The position numbers and the translations under genes are program-made. 64,000 nt of DNA, from NCBI RefSeq assembly GCF_006345805.1, contig NC_043016.1, positions 22,382,001 through 22,446,000 of the forward strand. Direction: 5' to 3'. Below, one piece after another: positions 53,354-61,796 of the stretch. The notes beneath the pieces are model-generated. The model worked only from the letters and a program-made list of their open reading frames with translations. It had not been told where the DNA came from and made no database searches. How positions within the stretch are numbered: the stretch's first letter is position 1; each line of letters begins with the position of its first letter. Origin of the DNA: Octopus sinensis (lineage: Eukaryota).

Positions 53354-56300
53354 ACACTACAGGACATTGATTAACCTCAATTCACACCCTACCATCTTCA
53401 AAAAAAGGGATACTTAATCTTGCACTATCTTGTAGCTTCAAGGTTCAATGTAATGATTTTTTTTCTAATTGCAGGAGTGGCTGTATGGTAAGTAGCTTGC
53501 TTACCAACCACATGGTTCTGGGTTCAGTCCACCTTGTTCTGGCACCTTGGGCAAGTGTCTTCTACTATAGCCTCGGGCCGACCAGAGCCTTGAGTGGATT
53601 TGGTAGACGGAAACTGAAAGAAGTCCATCGTATATATGTGTGTGTTTGTCCCCCCAACATCGCTTGACAACTGATGGTTGTGTGTTTACGTCCCCGTAAC
53701 TTAGTGGTTCAGCAGAAGAGACCAATAGAATAAGTACTAGGCTTACAAAGAATAAGTCCTGGGGTCGAGTTGCTTGACTAAAGGTGGTGCTCCAGCATGA
53801 CCGCAGTCAAATAACTGAAACAAGTAAAAGAGTAGGGTAGGTGTGAGACGCTGGATCTGACAAGTTTGAACATAAAACAAGTTGAATATTTGGGTCAAAT
53901 ACGGCCCATTTAAATGCTAAAAGGTTACATAAGGAAAGATACACATTAGATAATATAGTCCCAGACACCCACAAAAAAATGAGCTTTTTAGAGCTGAAAA
54001 AATTTGGATCAAAGGTTTGTTTAATCAAGATTGATACAGAATAGGAGGATCAAGCAGTAATAACAAGAATCACTACCACTGTCACTTTGTACAACATAAC
54101 ATAATTGCTTTGCATCGAATCCAGAGAAATTGTTTGCTTTGATAACTGTCAGTATAGAGATATGAATACCAAGCCTGGCATTTTGTATGGTAATGTAACC
54201 TCTTTAGATCTTAAGCATTCTTCTGAGTGGCAGCTGAATTTCTTTTTCCAAGGATACAAACATAATATTTGATTTCTTGGGAATAAATTTTCAATATGGT
54301 ATCTAGAACCATTTAGCTTCAACTACACCCCCACTTTTTTTAAATATAAAAACAGGTCATTTTGTAGCAAACTTCAGAATTACTTTTTCACTAAACTTAT
54401 AAAGTGACTAGACCCCCCCCCCCAAAAAAAAACACAGACAAATTAAAACAAAAAGCATTTTCTAAAAAATAGGTTGATCAGTAATAACATTTATCTCTTT
54501 ACACATTGCCCTTCTTACGCAAGTACACAGATATAGTTGTCACATATTTTGTCAATGTGTGTTTAAAAATTGTTTGAGGTACACTTTAAATAGGGGAAGA
54601 TTAATAATCAGAAATACCTTCAACCAACAGCTTTTTATCTATACAATTCTCTTGTGTGTGCCTCTGTGTGTGTGTGTATATACATACACACACACACACA
54701 CATAATACAAACATACAGAGATACAATCTCTTTCAATAGTTGTTTCTAGGATATATAAATACAAACAATATTGACGACTAAGGCAAGTATAATGTCACTA
54801 ATTTCTTTTTGTTGGTGGTGATAGCAGGGTTTGATGAAATCAAACCTCCAGTACTTGACTGGTACTTCATTTTATTGAATCCTAGAGGGACAAATAAAAC
54901 AGATATTGTTATACACACTTAATTTGTTAGTAGTTAGATCTTTTGAAGACAGTCTTTGTACTTAATTATCTTGCATATCTGACAATAAAGCAAAAGTTCT
55001 TTCACCTTGTTGTTGTTATTTAACCCCAGGTTAGCTCTTATCTGATAGGTCTTTGATGAAAGACATTTCAGTTGTGGCTTTACTGTCCTCCATTGACGTA
55101 ATATATTACCCAATGTGTTGTTCTTCCTTCATCATTTTTTCTAAGAGAACAGGATATGACTTGAGGTAAATCAGACTGCCATCATATTTGATACTTTGTT
55201 AGTTAGTTTCTTCTGGTGTTCCTTTTGTTGCATTATTATATTTCTGAGCTCTTTCATGTTATGTTTATAGACCAATACTGGTGAACTTACGATATATGTG
55301 TCAGCAATAACATGCCACAGGGTTTGATAGGCTTTGAAACAAAATCTACTTACAATACATGCATATAAGTAAGTGACATTCAATAACAGGATCATTAAGC
55401 TGGAACAGTTTGACATGTCTCCAATGTGCTCCAATGTCTGCTTTGACATCACATCTATGATTTGATGCCCTTTTGAATGTCAACCACTCTACTGTGTGTA
55501 CTGGGCACTTTTCCATGACACCAGCAGCAGTAAGGTTACCCTGTAGCTTGCACGGTTAAGATCCTCTTTGATCAAGTGGGGTTATTGAAAAAGAAATGTG
55601 GTTTTATGCTAGAAGAGGTTGGAAGGCAACTTTATGCAGTTTCTCATTAAATAAATATTTCAAGGTGCTAGGTGAAAAAGTGATCATTATCACTGGTCTG
55701 AATGCTAGATTAATTAGAATGAGAAACAAAATCCTTTGTTTGCAATACTGCACTACTGAATGTATCTATTTTCTTTTTAGCCAACTCTGTATGTCATAAT
55801 GAATGCAATCAAATATATATTTTAGTAGATAGAAAAACTATGAAACAGTTATATACATGCTTACATGTGGCTTGTTTCATGCTCTTGCTTGATGAAGCTA
55901 GGGGTCATCCCAGATTAGTGGTCTGAGAGATGTCATTGTGCATAGAGCTGATAGGTTCATCAGGGCTCTCCACTGCTGGCAGTCCCATGCCAGCCTCTCT
56001 GCATCTTCCAAGGTGATGTCGAGCCTCTGGAGATCTTCCTTTATCATGCCCAGCCATCTGGTGCAGGGTCTGCTATGAGGCCTCTTCCAGCCCATAGTTG
56101 TTGAGTTGAATGAGAGTAAAGCTCTTGTAGGATGATCTAGTGGGAAACAGAGGATATGTCTGTACTGGTGCATGCAATGGATAGCAATGAAGTGGGAGGC
56201 TGCAAGTTGATGTGTGTGTTCATGTAGTTCTTTATTGGAAACATGAAGGTACCAACAAATGTTCTTGATGGTTCTCAGGGCTCTGCTATTGAAGCTGTTG

Positions 56301-59300
56301 ATCCTCTTTACTAGGGTCTTCAAGAGGGCCATGTTTCTGTTCCATAGAAATGAATAGAAAGGGCTGATGCATTGTAGATGCAGAGCTTTGTCTTCCAGGA
56401 GATAAAGTAGTGATGTCAGAGAGGTTTTTATATGGAGTATATGACCCTGGCCACCAGACCACATCTGCAGTTGATCCCCAAGGTCAGGTCTCCATGCTTC
56501 AATTTTTTGTTGTGATTTTACCCATCACTACAGCTCACCCTTGGTATCATTTCACTTTTCTTACTACCTGAAACTATTTTCCTTGATAGTTATTTTTCAT
56601 TTATTAATTATTGTTCTCTACACCCACATATAACATAGCTCACTTCCCCATTTAAGCACCAAGTTATCTCTCCTAATACCCTACGTCTACCTATCTCTCC
56701 TTGTCAAACATTTTATCATTACTATCCTCTTGATGCTCTGCATACTCTCTTCTACATCACTCCACCTTCTCCACACCAATCTTTACAGTTTGTAGCATAC
56801 CTTCCCTCTCACATTCCTCCATCCATTAGACCCCCCCGCCATCCATCCATACTCCTAGTTCCTTGGTCCCCACTCACATCTATTTACCATGTACCTCGAG
56901 GAGTCATCTACTGCAGACCCAACTGATCATTCAGACCATCCCTGTTCTAAAAGTGAGCAGCCATGTAGCTTCTCTGCAACAGGAATTTGTTCCCTTGCTT
57001 CTCTTGTCCATTAATTTCTCATCTCCTAGTCTAAAGCTCCATCCTACTTCAGGTTTTGGGGGTTTATGAGCTGAGTAGTGCCAGTGGCATGAGAAAAGCA
57101 CCTAGTGATTACTGTCAGGAAGAGGGTCAAGCCAGAGAAACTATACCTGTGTAGACAGTGGAATATGATGCAGTCCTTGGGTCCATCAAATCCCGTCAAA
57201 CTGTCCACTCATATCAGCATTGAACATAGACATTGAATGATATAATGATGATGATGATTTCAGTAGTAATTGTATATCCTCTTTAACTGTCTCCCATCAT
57301 CATCATTATCTTCAACATCATTTGATATCTGTCTATCATGCTGGTTATGGGTTGGACAATTTGACAGTTGGAGGACTGTGTTGAGTTTCAATATCTACTC
57401 TGCCATGGTGCCATAGCTGGATATCCTTCCTAATGCTAACTACTTTATGAAATGTGAGGTAACCAAGTAACTTATAAGTTGCCTAAAACAAAAACCCACG
57501 TTTATTAAAGGCTTATGTAAACTGGTTAGACCAAGTTATATTTATAACATTTTTTGGCAGCTAGTTTGAGTAGTAACTCTTTAGCATTAAAATCAGCCAC
57601 ATCCAGGTTAAATATTCTACCTGTTTTAAGTTCAAACCAGCCAGATCCAGCCTTTCACACTTATCTTACAATATAATTGTAGGATGGGTGTAAACAGTTA
57701 CATACATGATATGTGTAGCTGTTCCATTTTTTTTTATTCACAAAACCATATATTACAGCCATATTGTTTAAATTCATATAGTAAAATATAGAAAAGAAAC
57801 AAATTACTATTAACATACCAGCAATTAAAAATTTTTTGTTATATATAGTCACATATCTTTGTAATACCAAATCCTGTTAAATTCATTTGGACTTTTATCC
57901 TTCCAAGGCATAAAAATCAAGCTCAAAACCATTTGAATTTCTCAAGGGGGGAAAAAGACAAATGAAACAACACCAACAACCCCGAAAAAATATCAGTAAA
58001 GTATTGGAGGTGATTCATTGAACACTCTCCACAAATTCTTTGTGATTTTATGCAGGAACCACTTTACAGAAATTAGGAAAAATGAAAAAAAAAAATCTAA
58101 TTCAATTATAAAGAATGCTTTGAGATAAATTTGCTTGTGAGATATAAATTTATAGTTTTTGGTCATCAACTTCTGGAATACATATCTAGTCTGTGAATAA
58201 GTAATGAGTCAACAATTAAGACTCTATACAAATAACCAAAACATTTTCGTCATATGTTGCTGATTTTCCAAAATCCTAGAGTCCATGGTTTATGGACAAG
58301 TCCTTACCACCCTAATTCTAATAAAACAAAACATTTTCAGAGAGGAATTATTTATATATACATATCTATAGGCATAGGAGTGGCAGTGTGGTAAGTAGCT
58401 TGCTTATAAACCACATGGTTCCAGGTTCAGTCCCACTGCATGGCACCTTGGGCAAGTGTCTTTTACTATAGCCTTGAGCCGACCAAAGTTTTGTGAGTGG
58501 ATTTGGTAGACGGAAACTGAAAGAAGCCTGTCGTATATATGTATGTGTATATGTTTGTGTGTCTGTGTTTGTCCCCCCAACATCGCTTGACAACTGATGG
58601 TGGTGTGTTTACATCCCCGTAACTTAGCAGTTTGGCAAAAGATAGAATAAGTACTAGGCTTACAAAGAATAAGTCCCTGGGGTTGATTTGCTCGACTAAA
58701 GGTGGTGCTCCAGCATGGCGACAGTCAAATGACTGAGTATAGAGTATATATAATAATTTTAACACCTATTTTTTCCATGTTAGCATGGGTCAGATGGAAC
58801 TTGCTGAAGCACATTTTTCTACTGTCAGATATCCTTCCTGTTGCTAGCCCAGGTTTGTTTCCAAGCAAGATATTTCCTTATGACCAGATATGTGGAAATA
58901 AATAACACTGCTTGTATGACAATGACATTTGTTTACAAACTATCCCATGATGTTAGGTCAATGACGCACATACACACACAGGCTTACTTTTCAGTTTCCA
59001 ACTACTAAACCCACTCATAAGATTTTGGTCATCTCAGGGCTACAGTGGGAAGTAAATAGCATATTTCTATATAAAATAAATGATTAAATTCTATTAATAG
59101 ACATTTTATTTGATGGAATACCAGAATTGTTTCATGCAATCAAGTTTGAGAAGCACTGCTCTATGTTGTCACTTCACCAGCTAGAAATAGAAACCAAACT
59201 GCCCTCAAATCACATTGTCGAACATGGAAGTTTTCATTTGGTCTTTGTTTAGAGATCGCATTCATGTTGATTCTCCGATGCATAAAACATACCCTATCTT

Positions 59301-59348
59301 TTGTAAAGCGTCTGTTGTTAGAGATTTGACTACCACATTGAGATCCAT
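31..59348 (-). CDS. ETFDH: Electron transfer flavoprotein-ubiquinone oxidoreductase, mitochondrial; 14-exon model of about 606 aa: complement(join(31..194,2356..2577,3605..3787,10470..10632,11696..11837,13163..13237,14469..14681,15918..15995,16407..16525,20780..20861,33275..33351,36600..36752,43673..43764,59293..59348)); first exon provisional
   Basis: Hand-spliced GT-AG exons with consistent phases translate to ETF-QO: FAD-binding [59 protein letters not shown], and the 4Fe-4S C-terminus RFCPAGVYE...[34 protein letters not shown]. Exon sizes 82/119/78/183/222/164 match the human ETFDH exon sizes as I recall them. One 2-nt frameshift in exon 10. Confidence 0.96.
2356..2577 (-). CDS. ETFDH: ETFDH exon 13
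   Basis: tag|GT CCT GAT...GCA G|gtaaag; (G)[49 protein letters not shown]...GPEQRFCPA; 222 nt, phase 1-1. Confidence 0.97.
3188..3380 (+). mobile_element. tRNA-derived SINE, family A (aggcggcgagctggcagaa... type)
   Basis: Head aggtggcaagctggcagaaacactagcacaccgggc and body cttttggggttgataaatcaagtaccag; homologous to 27298-27529 and 18174-18380. Confidence 0.8.
3605..3787 (-). CDS. ETFDH: ETFDH exon 12
   Basis: tag|GA AAA GAA...AAT G|gtaagg; [43 protein letters not shown]...EPWTLSHN; 183 nt, phase 1-1. Confidence 0.96.
4146..4260. repeat. Compound tetranucleotide microsatellite (GTCT/ATCT/ACCT)n
   Basis: Read directly from the sequence. Confidence 0.95.
5623..6706 (-). mobile_element. Tc1/mariner-superfamily DNA transposon, internally deleted, DD36E spacing (Incomer-like)
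   Basis: 28-bp TIRs at 5623-5650 and 6679-6706 (4 mismatches), TA after the right TIR; transposase remnants on the minus strand. Confidence 0.93.
5675..6517 (-). pseudogene. Tc1-like transposase pseudogene
   Basis: N-terminal [18 protein letters not shown]...[11 protein letters not shown]; [14 protein letters not shown]; FQDDNAPIH...[13 protein letters not shown]; ends GPTPY*. Internal deletion removes the first catalytic D; one frameshift; premature TAG at 5939-5941. Confidence 0.92.
9108..9255 (-). mobile_element. 5' fragment of a non-autonomous Helitron-like element
   Basis: Minus strand starts TCTATACATAAAGATGAGAATGTCTGTCTGTCTGTGTG, resembling the TCTATATATATAAAACTGTAGTTGTGTGAGTGTCTGTC start of 45033; no 3' CTAG seen. 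Confidence 0.5.
9400..9890 (-). mobile_element. RTE LINE 3' fragment
   Basis: ORF 9512..9757: [32 protein letters not shown], homologous to 8400-8590. Confidence 0.85.
10470..10632 (-). CDS. ETFDH: ETFDH exon 11
   Basis: taaag|AGC ATA CCC...TCA G|gtaaga; [43 protein letters not shown]...; 163 nt, phase 0-1. Confidence 0.95.
11696..11837 (-). CDS. ETFDH: ETFDH exon 10, with an apparent 2-nt deletion in the N-P-Y codons
   Basis: tag|GTA GCT TTG GAC TAT CAG AAC C TAC TTA AAT CCT...CTT CAG|gtaaac; VALDYQN[P][40 protein letters not shown] needs 144 nt but the exon is 142 nt. It is missing from the supplied ORF track. Confidence 0.93.
12750..13050 (+). mobile_element. SINE family B, 5'-truncated
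   Basis: ggcaagtactttctactatagccttgggcc...gtggatttggtagatggaaactga...gatagaataagtac, homologous to 51166-51579. Confidence 0.8.
13163..13237 (-). CDS. ETFDH: ETFDH exon 9
   Basis: tag|GAT ATG CAC...TTT GTG|gtaagt; [25 protein letters not shown]; 75 nt, phase 0-0. Confidence 0.96.
13294..13515. mobile_element. TTAA-flanked MITE (piggyBac-like)
   Basis: ttaa-ccttttagcattcag...atggtaatggg-ttaa; partial copies at about 46205, 53830-53930 and 57580-57670. Confidence 0.6.
14469..14681 (-). CDS. ETFDH: ETFDH exon 8
   Basis: cag|GAA TCA TTT...CCT CTT|gtaagt; [35 protein letters not shown]...HSVGWPL; 213 nt, phase 0-0. Confidence 0.97.
15918..15995 (-). CDS. ETFDH: ETFDH exon 7
   Basis: tag|ATC CTA TTC...CCA AAA|gtaaga; [26 protein letters not shown]; 78 nt, phase 0-0. 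Confidence 0.96.
16407..16525 (-). CDS. ETFDH: ETFDH exon 6
   Basis: cag|GA ATG CCA...TCA GAG|gtaaat; [39 protein letters not shown]; 119 nt, phase 1-0. Confidence 0.97.
16637..17302. mobile_element. About 530-bp interspersed element bracketed on both sides by (AAT)n/(AAC)n tracts
   Basis: Long AAT/AAC run at 16637-16746 and AAT run at 17280-17302 flank a non-coding core; no ORF with recognisable motifs. Confidence 0.55.
17305..18110 (+). mobile_element. RTE/BovB-like LINE 3' fragment (a second RTE family)
   Basis: [22 protein letters not shown]...[24 protein letters not shown] and GKCRQGGQK, typical RTE C-terminal region. Confidence 0.85.
18174..18380 (+). mobile_element. SINE family A, degenerate
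   Basis: aggcagctagctggcagaattgttagtgtgtcggac...gagctcaaatc...ggagtcaataaaataaag. Confidence 0.7.
19950..20075 (-). mobile_element. Penelope-like terminal remnant carrying a degenerate hammerhead-like motif
   Basis: Minus strand tttCTGTGGAaGAACatagGCTCGAAACGTtaaag; the cgaaacg terminal motif is typical of Penelope-like ends. Confidence 0.5.
20780..20861 (-). CDS. ETFDH: ETFDH exon 5
   Basis: ccag|GCT CCA CTG...CCT G|gtttgt; [27 protein letters not shown]; 82 nt, phase 0-1. Confidence 0.95.
21005..21610 (-). repeat. Four diverged tandem copies of an approximately 90-bp SINE-B 3' segment
   Basis: Units start near 21005, 21100, 21245 and 21481, each with acttgtttcagtcatt...tgctggggcaccaccttga..aatttttagt...attgac...agaatttttt. 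Confidence 0.75.
25420..25787 (-). mobile_element. tRNA-headed SINE (family C) inserted in a LINE
   Basis: Minus-strand head ggaggtgtgTTGCCTAATGGttagggtg...GAGTTCAATTCCc with A and B boxes; interrupts colinear RTE sequence. Confidence 0.6.
27298..27529 (-). mobile_element. SINE family A, young full-length CpG-rich copy
   Basis: Minus strand aggcggcgagctggcagaaacgttagtacgccgggcgaaatgcg...gagttcaaattccgccgagg...aaagaaata. Confidence 0.9.
27546..27617 (-). tRNA. trnD-GTC: tRNA-Asp(GTC) pseudogene
   Basis: TCCTCGGTAGTATAGTGGTAAGTATCCACGCCTGTCACATGGGAGACCGGGGTACGATTCCCCGCCGGGAAG (72 nt), GTC anticodon. Mismatches: C2-A71, two in the anticodon stem, and T-loop TACGA instead of TTCGA, so probably non-functional. 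Confidence 0.9.
28395..29390 (+). mobile_element. RTE LINE 3' ends (two in tandem) with (GAT)n tails
   Basis: [10 protein letters not shown]-coding segment, gtgccatgtaaaagcacc repeats, ...catggaaatcggatgttaaatgatgatgatgat. Confidence 0.8.
29435..29902. mobile_element. MITE-like element with about 47-bp imperfect TIRs
   Basis: 29435-29481 ggttattacgagttcaaatatgcttggggcatatttgaacacataag versus the reverse complement of 29856-29902 ggctattaccagtttaaatttgctggggccatatttgaacctgtaag. Confidence 0.6.
30370..32450 (-). mobile_element. Degenerate RTE LINE (EN + RT), antisense copy
   Basis: ORF 31588..31929: [11 protein letters not shown]...[11 protein letters not shown] (APE); 30380-30560 encodes [11 protein letters not shown]-like RT. 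Confidence 0.85.
33275..33351 (-). CDS. ETFDH: ETFDH exon 4
   Basis: ccag|GC GGA CAC...ATG GAG|gtaagt; [25 protein letters not shown]; 77 nt, phase 1-0. Confidence 0.96.
34621..35004 (-). mobile_element. SINE family B, near full length
   Basis: Reverse complement of the 51166-51579 family. Confidence 0.88.
35040..36120 (+). mobile_element. CR1/L2-like LINE RT fragment
   Basis: gatatcagcaaaactttt (DISKAF-like), gtgtgcccctgatttcggtt (GVPQGS-like), tatgctgatgatacttct (YADDTS). Confidence 0.7.
36600..36752 (-). CDS. ETFDH: ETFDH exon 3 (FAD-binding Rossmann GxGxxG)
   Basis: ccag|AT ATC GAT ATG GAA...ATT G|gttggt; [50 protein letters not shown]; 153 nt, phase 1-1. Confidence 0.96.
38742..40900 (+). 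mobile_element. CR1/L2-like LINE endonuclease and RT N-terminal fragments
   Basis: CYFYNSPNS...[11 protein letters not shown] resembles the YRSP...GDFNVH endonuclease motifs; downstream sequence is highly decayed. Confidence 0.55.
42446..42786. mobile_element. Penelope-like terminal repeat in inverted configuration forming a 281-nt fold-back (42446-42726)
   Basis: Arms of 138 and 137 bp, 7 substitutions and 1 indel, 6-nt loop; homologous to 50270-50410 (-) and 62230-62430 (+); each arm carries a hammerhead-like motif. Confidence 0.75.
42598..42648 (+). ncRNA. Minimal type I hammerhead-like motif, G3:C8 variant
   Basis: tttgtca GTGAACA g GTCGC ggtcttata GCGAT GAA AATATT T tgacaaa: 7-bp stem I, 5-bp stem II, palindromic stem III AAUAUU. 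A mirror copy lies on the minus strand at 42525-42575. Confidence 0.55.
43673..43771 (-). CDS. ETFDH: ETFDH exon 2 (end of presequence and start of mature protein); tandem acceptors at 43771 (phase 1) and 43764 (phase 2)
   Basis: [33 protein letters not shown]|gtacga matches the conserved ITTHYTIxPR motif; VRQY/S fits an R-3 mitochondrial processing motif. Confidence 0.92.
45033..46161 (+). mobile_element. Head-to-tail dimer of a non-autonomous Helitron-like element (45033-45537 and 45538-46161)
   Basis: A|TC...CTAG|TC...CTAG|T, no target-site duplication, subterminal hairpin cccgagcaacgccggg about 10 nt before each CTAG. Confidence 0.85.
48600..48638 (-). mobile_element. Single hAT/Charlie-like terminal inverted repeat
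   Basis: Minus strand cagggttcgccaaactttttcg, flanked by gtctaaat (similar to NTCTAGAN); partner end not found. Confidence 0.35.
49315..49602. mobile_element. Penelope-like remnant with 54-bp inverted repeats (49315-49368 and 49549-49602)
   Basis: Arms differ by 1 nt; the 180-nt CpG-rich spacer contains ctgaagaaggcc...ggcccgaaac. Confidence 0.7.
49494..49571 (+). ncRNA. Minimal type I hammerhead ribozyme motif with canonical core
   Basis: GCGG CTGAAGA a GGCC (41-nt loop) GGCC c GAA ACATATGT A CCGC; predicted cleavage after GUA at 49567. Confidence 0.7.
50270..50500 (-). mobile_element. Penelope-like terminal repeat (same family as 42446-42786), degenerate
   Basis: attgcagcgtggaaggtgtttataagc...gaaaccgcgacctattcactgccaaaa aligns to the left arm at 42446. 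Confidence 0.75.
50511..51156. mobile_element. Fold-back MITE with about 210-230-bp TIRs containing microsatellites
   Basis: 50511-50720 is the reverse complement of 50924-51156 (tttctttttgtgggtggaaa...gatctcac.ataaagtgaaacagaaatttgacaggga...); a nested inverted repeat lies at about 50730-50770 / 50850-50895. Confidence 0.85.
51166..51579 (+). mobile_element. SINE family B, full length
   Basis: tRNA-like head ggcataggagTGGCGGTGTGGtaa...GGTTCAGTCCC (A and B boxes), internal (TG)n, tail aataactgaaacaagtaaa. Confidence 0.9.
52620..53297 (+). mobile_element. Two RTE 3'-end copies (52620-52872 old; 52982-53297 young) with (GAT)n tails
   Basis: ggcacgtaaaagcacc repeats, gttggcgttaggaagggcatccagc...catggaaaacggacgctaaatgatgatgatg. 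Confidence 0.85.
53471..53832 (+). mobile_element. SINE family B
   Basis: Homologous to 51166-51579. Confidence 0.88.
55880..56470 (-). mobile_element. RTE-like LINE C-terminal fragment
   Basis: ORF 55898..56464: [13 protein letters not shown]...HVSNKEL...[21 protein letters not shown]. Confidence 0.8.
58371..58737 (+). mobile_element. SINE family B
   Basis: Homologous to 51166-51579. Confidence 0.88.
59293..59348 (-). CDS. ETFDH: ETFDH candidate first coding exon A ([18 protein letters not shown]), phase 2
   Basis: ccATGG start context and strong donor AGG|gtatgt; in frame with the 43764 acceptor; lies in a CpG-rich island. Two acidic residues are atypical for a presequence, so the call is provisional. 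Confidence 0.45.
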
Positions 59349-59508
59349 GGAACTTCCTTCACAGATTCATACGGTCGTTATTTTAAAGAAAGAAGTCTGC
59401 AGCGGAATATTTGGTTACTGAAGTGAAGCCGGTCGAATTACAAAGTACTTTTATTTGATTGCTGGTACCCACCCCCTACTATTCTGTACAACAGAACACA
59501 GAATTCAC

Positions 59509-59644
59509 CGGTATTAAATTCTTTGTAAAGTTTAACCGTGATCGCGTAAAGACATTGAATGTTACGTAACACGCGCAAGACACAAAACAGTTGTGATTTT
59601 TGACAAGTCTGCTTGCTAGAACCGAATGAATGCCACTTCTTCAT
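59509..59644 (-). CDS. ETFDH: ETFDH candidate first coding exon B (MKKWHSFGSSKQ...KLYKEFNT), phase 1
   Basis: Open from ATG 59644 to donor CCG|gtgaat; in frame with the 43771 acceptor; basic peptide. Not supported by homology. Confidence 0.3.
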
Positions 59645-60621
59645 TGTATGCGTATGGCTGCTTAAGGTATTACTGGAAAGATGTGTTTACATATACAAAT
59701 AAATATAACGGCCTTTGTTTTGGTTTTAGTGAATATATATATATATATACTTCGTTGTTTGTTATGGCCGGTCAGAGAGTGACTATTGGTTTCGCACCTA
59801 TAAAGCGCTTAACTGTATAGGTACAAAAGTAATGGTCATTCTCTGGTCGGCCACAACAAACAACCTTCGAAGTATTACTGCTATGTTTTGGAGTATGCTC
59901 TACATAGAAAGATAAGATCACGGGTCTATTCAGACCGAAACTGAGCTAGTGACATTTATGAGCATGTTTCCAGTTCAAATCCACTGCAGGGTTTGATAAT
60001 ATAATTAAAGATAATATATTGAGGTTAACAATACTCCCTTCGTGTACCTGAAGTGAGAAAGAAATCAACCAGTGAGAGGTAGGGGTGCAGGCAATCGAAG
60101 GAGCCTTTAATAGATCTGCTATAAATATTAGCCAAACCATCTTAAATGATGACCCGCCGTCTTAAAAACCACGGAAGGACACATTAAACGACAGTAAATC
60201 GTGATATACAAACAGATATGAGGGTTACAACTGGAATGCTTTTGATAACAGATGTTGTCTACCCAATCACATGTTATCCGAAGGCTAAACAATCAACTGG
60301 TATGAGTCAACATGAGGTAAATCTGTTGTCCTGGAATTTGACCTTAGGACGAAGCGGCGTATATAAACAGAAACAAGATCGACGGTAGCGTGGTTACTGT
60401 AGGAATGTATTCACACACACACAAACACACACGCACTGTAAATAATAATAATATTTTATAAGCTTAAGGCTTATGGCGATCATCGGGCAATGACTAAAGA
60501 AAATAGTCTAATAATAGGGCATACAAGCCCTCGACAGAAAAAAAAAAGCCTAAAGCCTTAAGCTTATAAAATACTATTATTATTTACATAATTGTAAAAC
60601 TCGACACTGCTTAAAACCATT

Positions 60622-60934
<313 letters not shown>

Positions 60935-61796
60935 AGGGTCAAGGGTAGCTCCTTTCACTACCAAATGATCTCTCCAAACGAAAAAAAAAACATTTTATAT
61001 ATCATAAGAGACGAAGATTTGTAAGGTGATGTGTGTGGGAGGGAACATGTGAAGTTGTGATGATCATGCATTTTCCAAGGGCATGAGCGACGTTAAGTGA
61101 AACACATTAAATACATAGCAATCGCAAAACAACAACGATAATAATGTTAATAACAACAATTAATGTATTACAATAAACTTACAGCGATAACTTAACAGGG
61201 GATTCCGAATAACACGAGTAAACCACACCGACATGCTGTGCTGTATTACCGGTTGATGGCAGACTGTCGTTCGTCACGTTAGTGATACCAGAGCTGGCAA
61301 AATAATGAAAAAAAAACTTTCACTTAGATCCCGTGCTGATGATTGGTGTTGTTGCTAGTTGTTAGTGCTGTTGAGGTGGGTGGTGGCTGTGTTCTCTTAG
61401 TGTGTTTATTATGTAAGAGAATATCGAGATTACGATTTTTTATATTTCTGATTATCTATCTATCAGTTTAGATTCCCCCCCCCCTCTCTTTCTACCTGTC
61501 AGTCTAACTGTCTATTTGGTTTTCCCCTCTCTTTCTCGGTAGTCTACCTTATGTTTATCATTCTGTAACCTCTGGGTTTTTTTTGTTACTCTCTTCCTGT
61601 TCATCTACTTGTTTATATAAGTACCTGTCTGTCTCACCTTATTATTTCACCTTTTAGTCGAAAAAGAGAGTGTCCATGATACTCAGCATAGTCTCCGAAA
61701 CTGAAAGGTGGGAAGGAGGTAATCTTCAAATTAAATACTCGGCCTGAATGCTCATAGCAGAGTGGACTCTGTTAATGTTTACTTTAACACCCGGAC

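Larger units (their letters stand above)
59200..59900. promoter_or_regulatory. CpG-enriched putative ETFDH promoter / 5' region
   Basis: CpGs are visibly dense here (ccggtcg, tcgcgt, acgcgc) against a CpG-depleted background; adjacent to both first-exon candidates. Confidence 0.5.

Noticed and set aside
59293-59370. A-to-I read-through of the uORF UGA giving a basic presequence MNLWRKFHGSQ...FTKDR
   Set aside because: That frame ends in phase 0 and neither exon 2 acceptor is phase 0, so it cannot join ETFDH in frame.
59626-59666. Plus-strand ATG...AAG|gtatta as first exon of a divergent gene
   Set aside because: Weak donor, no homology and no downstream exons identified.
60495-60545. Minus-strand CUGUCGA-GGGC-uuguau-GCCC hammerhead-like string
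   Set aside because: No GAAA after stem II and no stem I or III.
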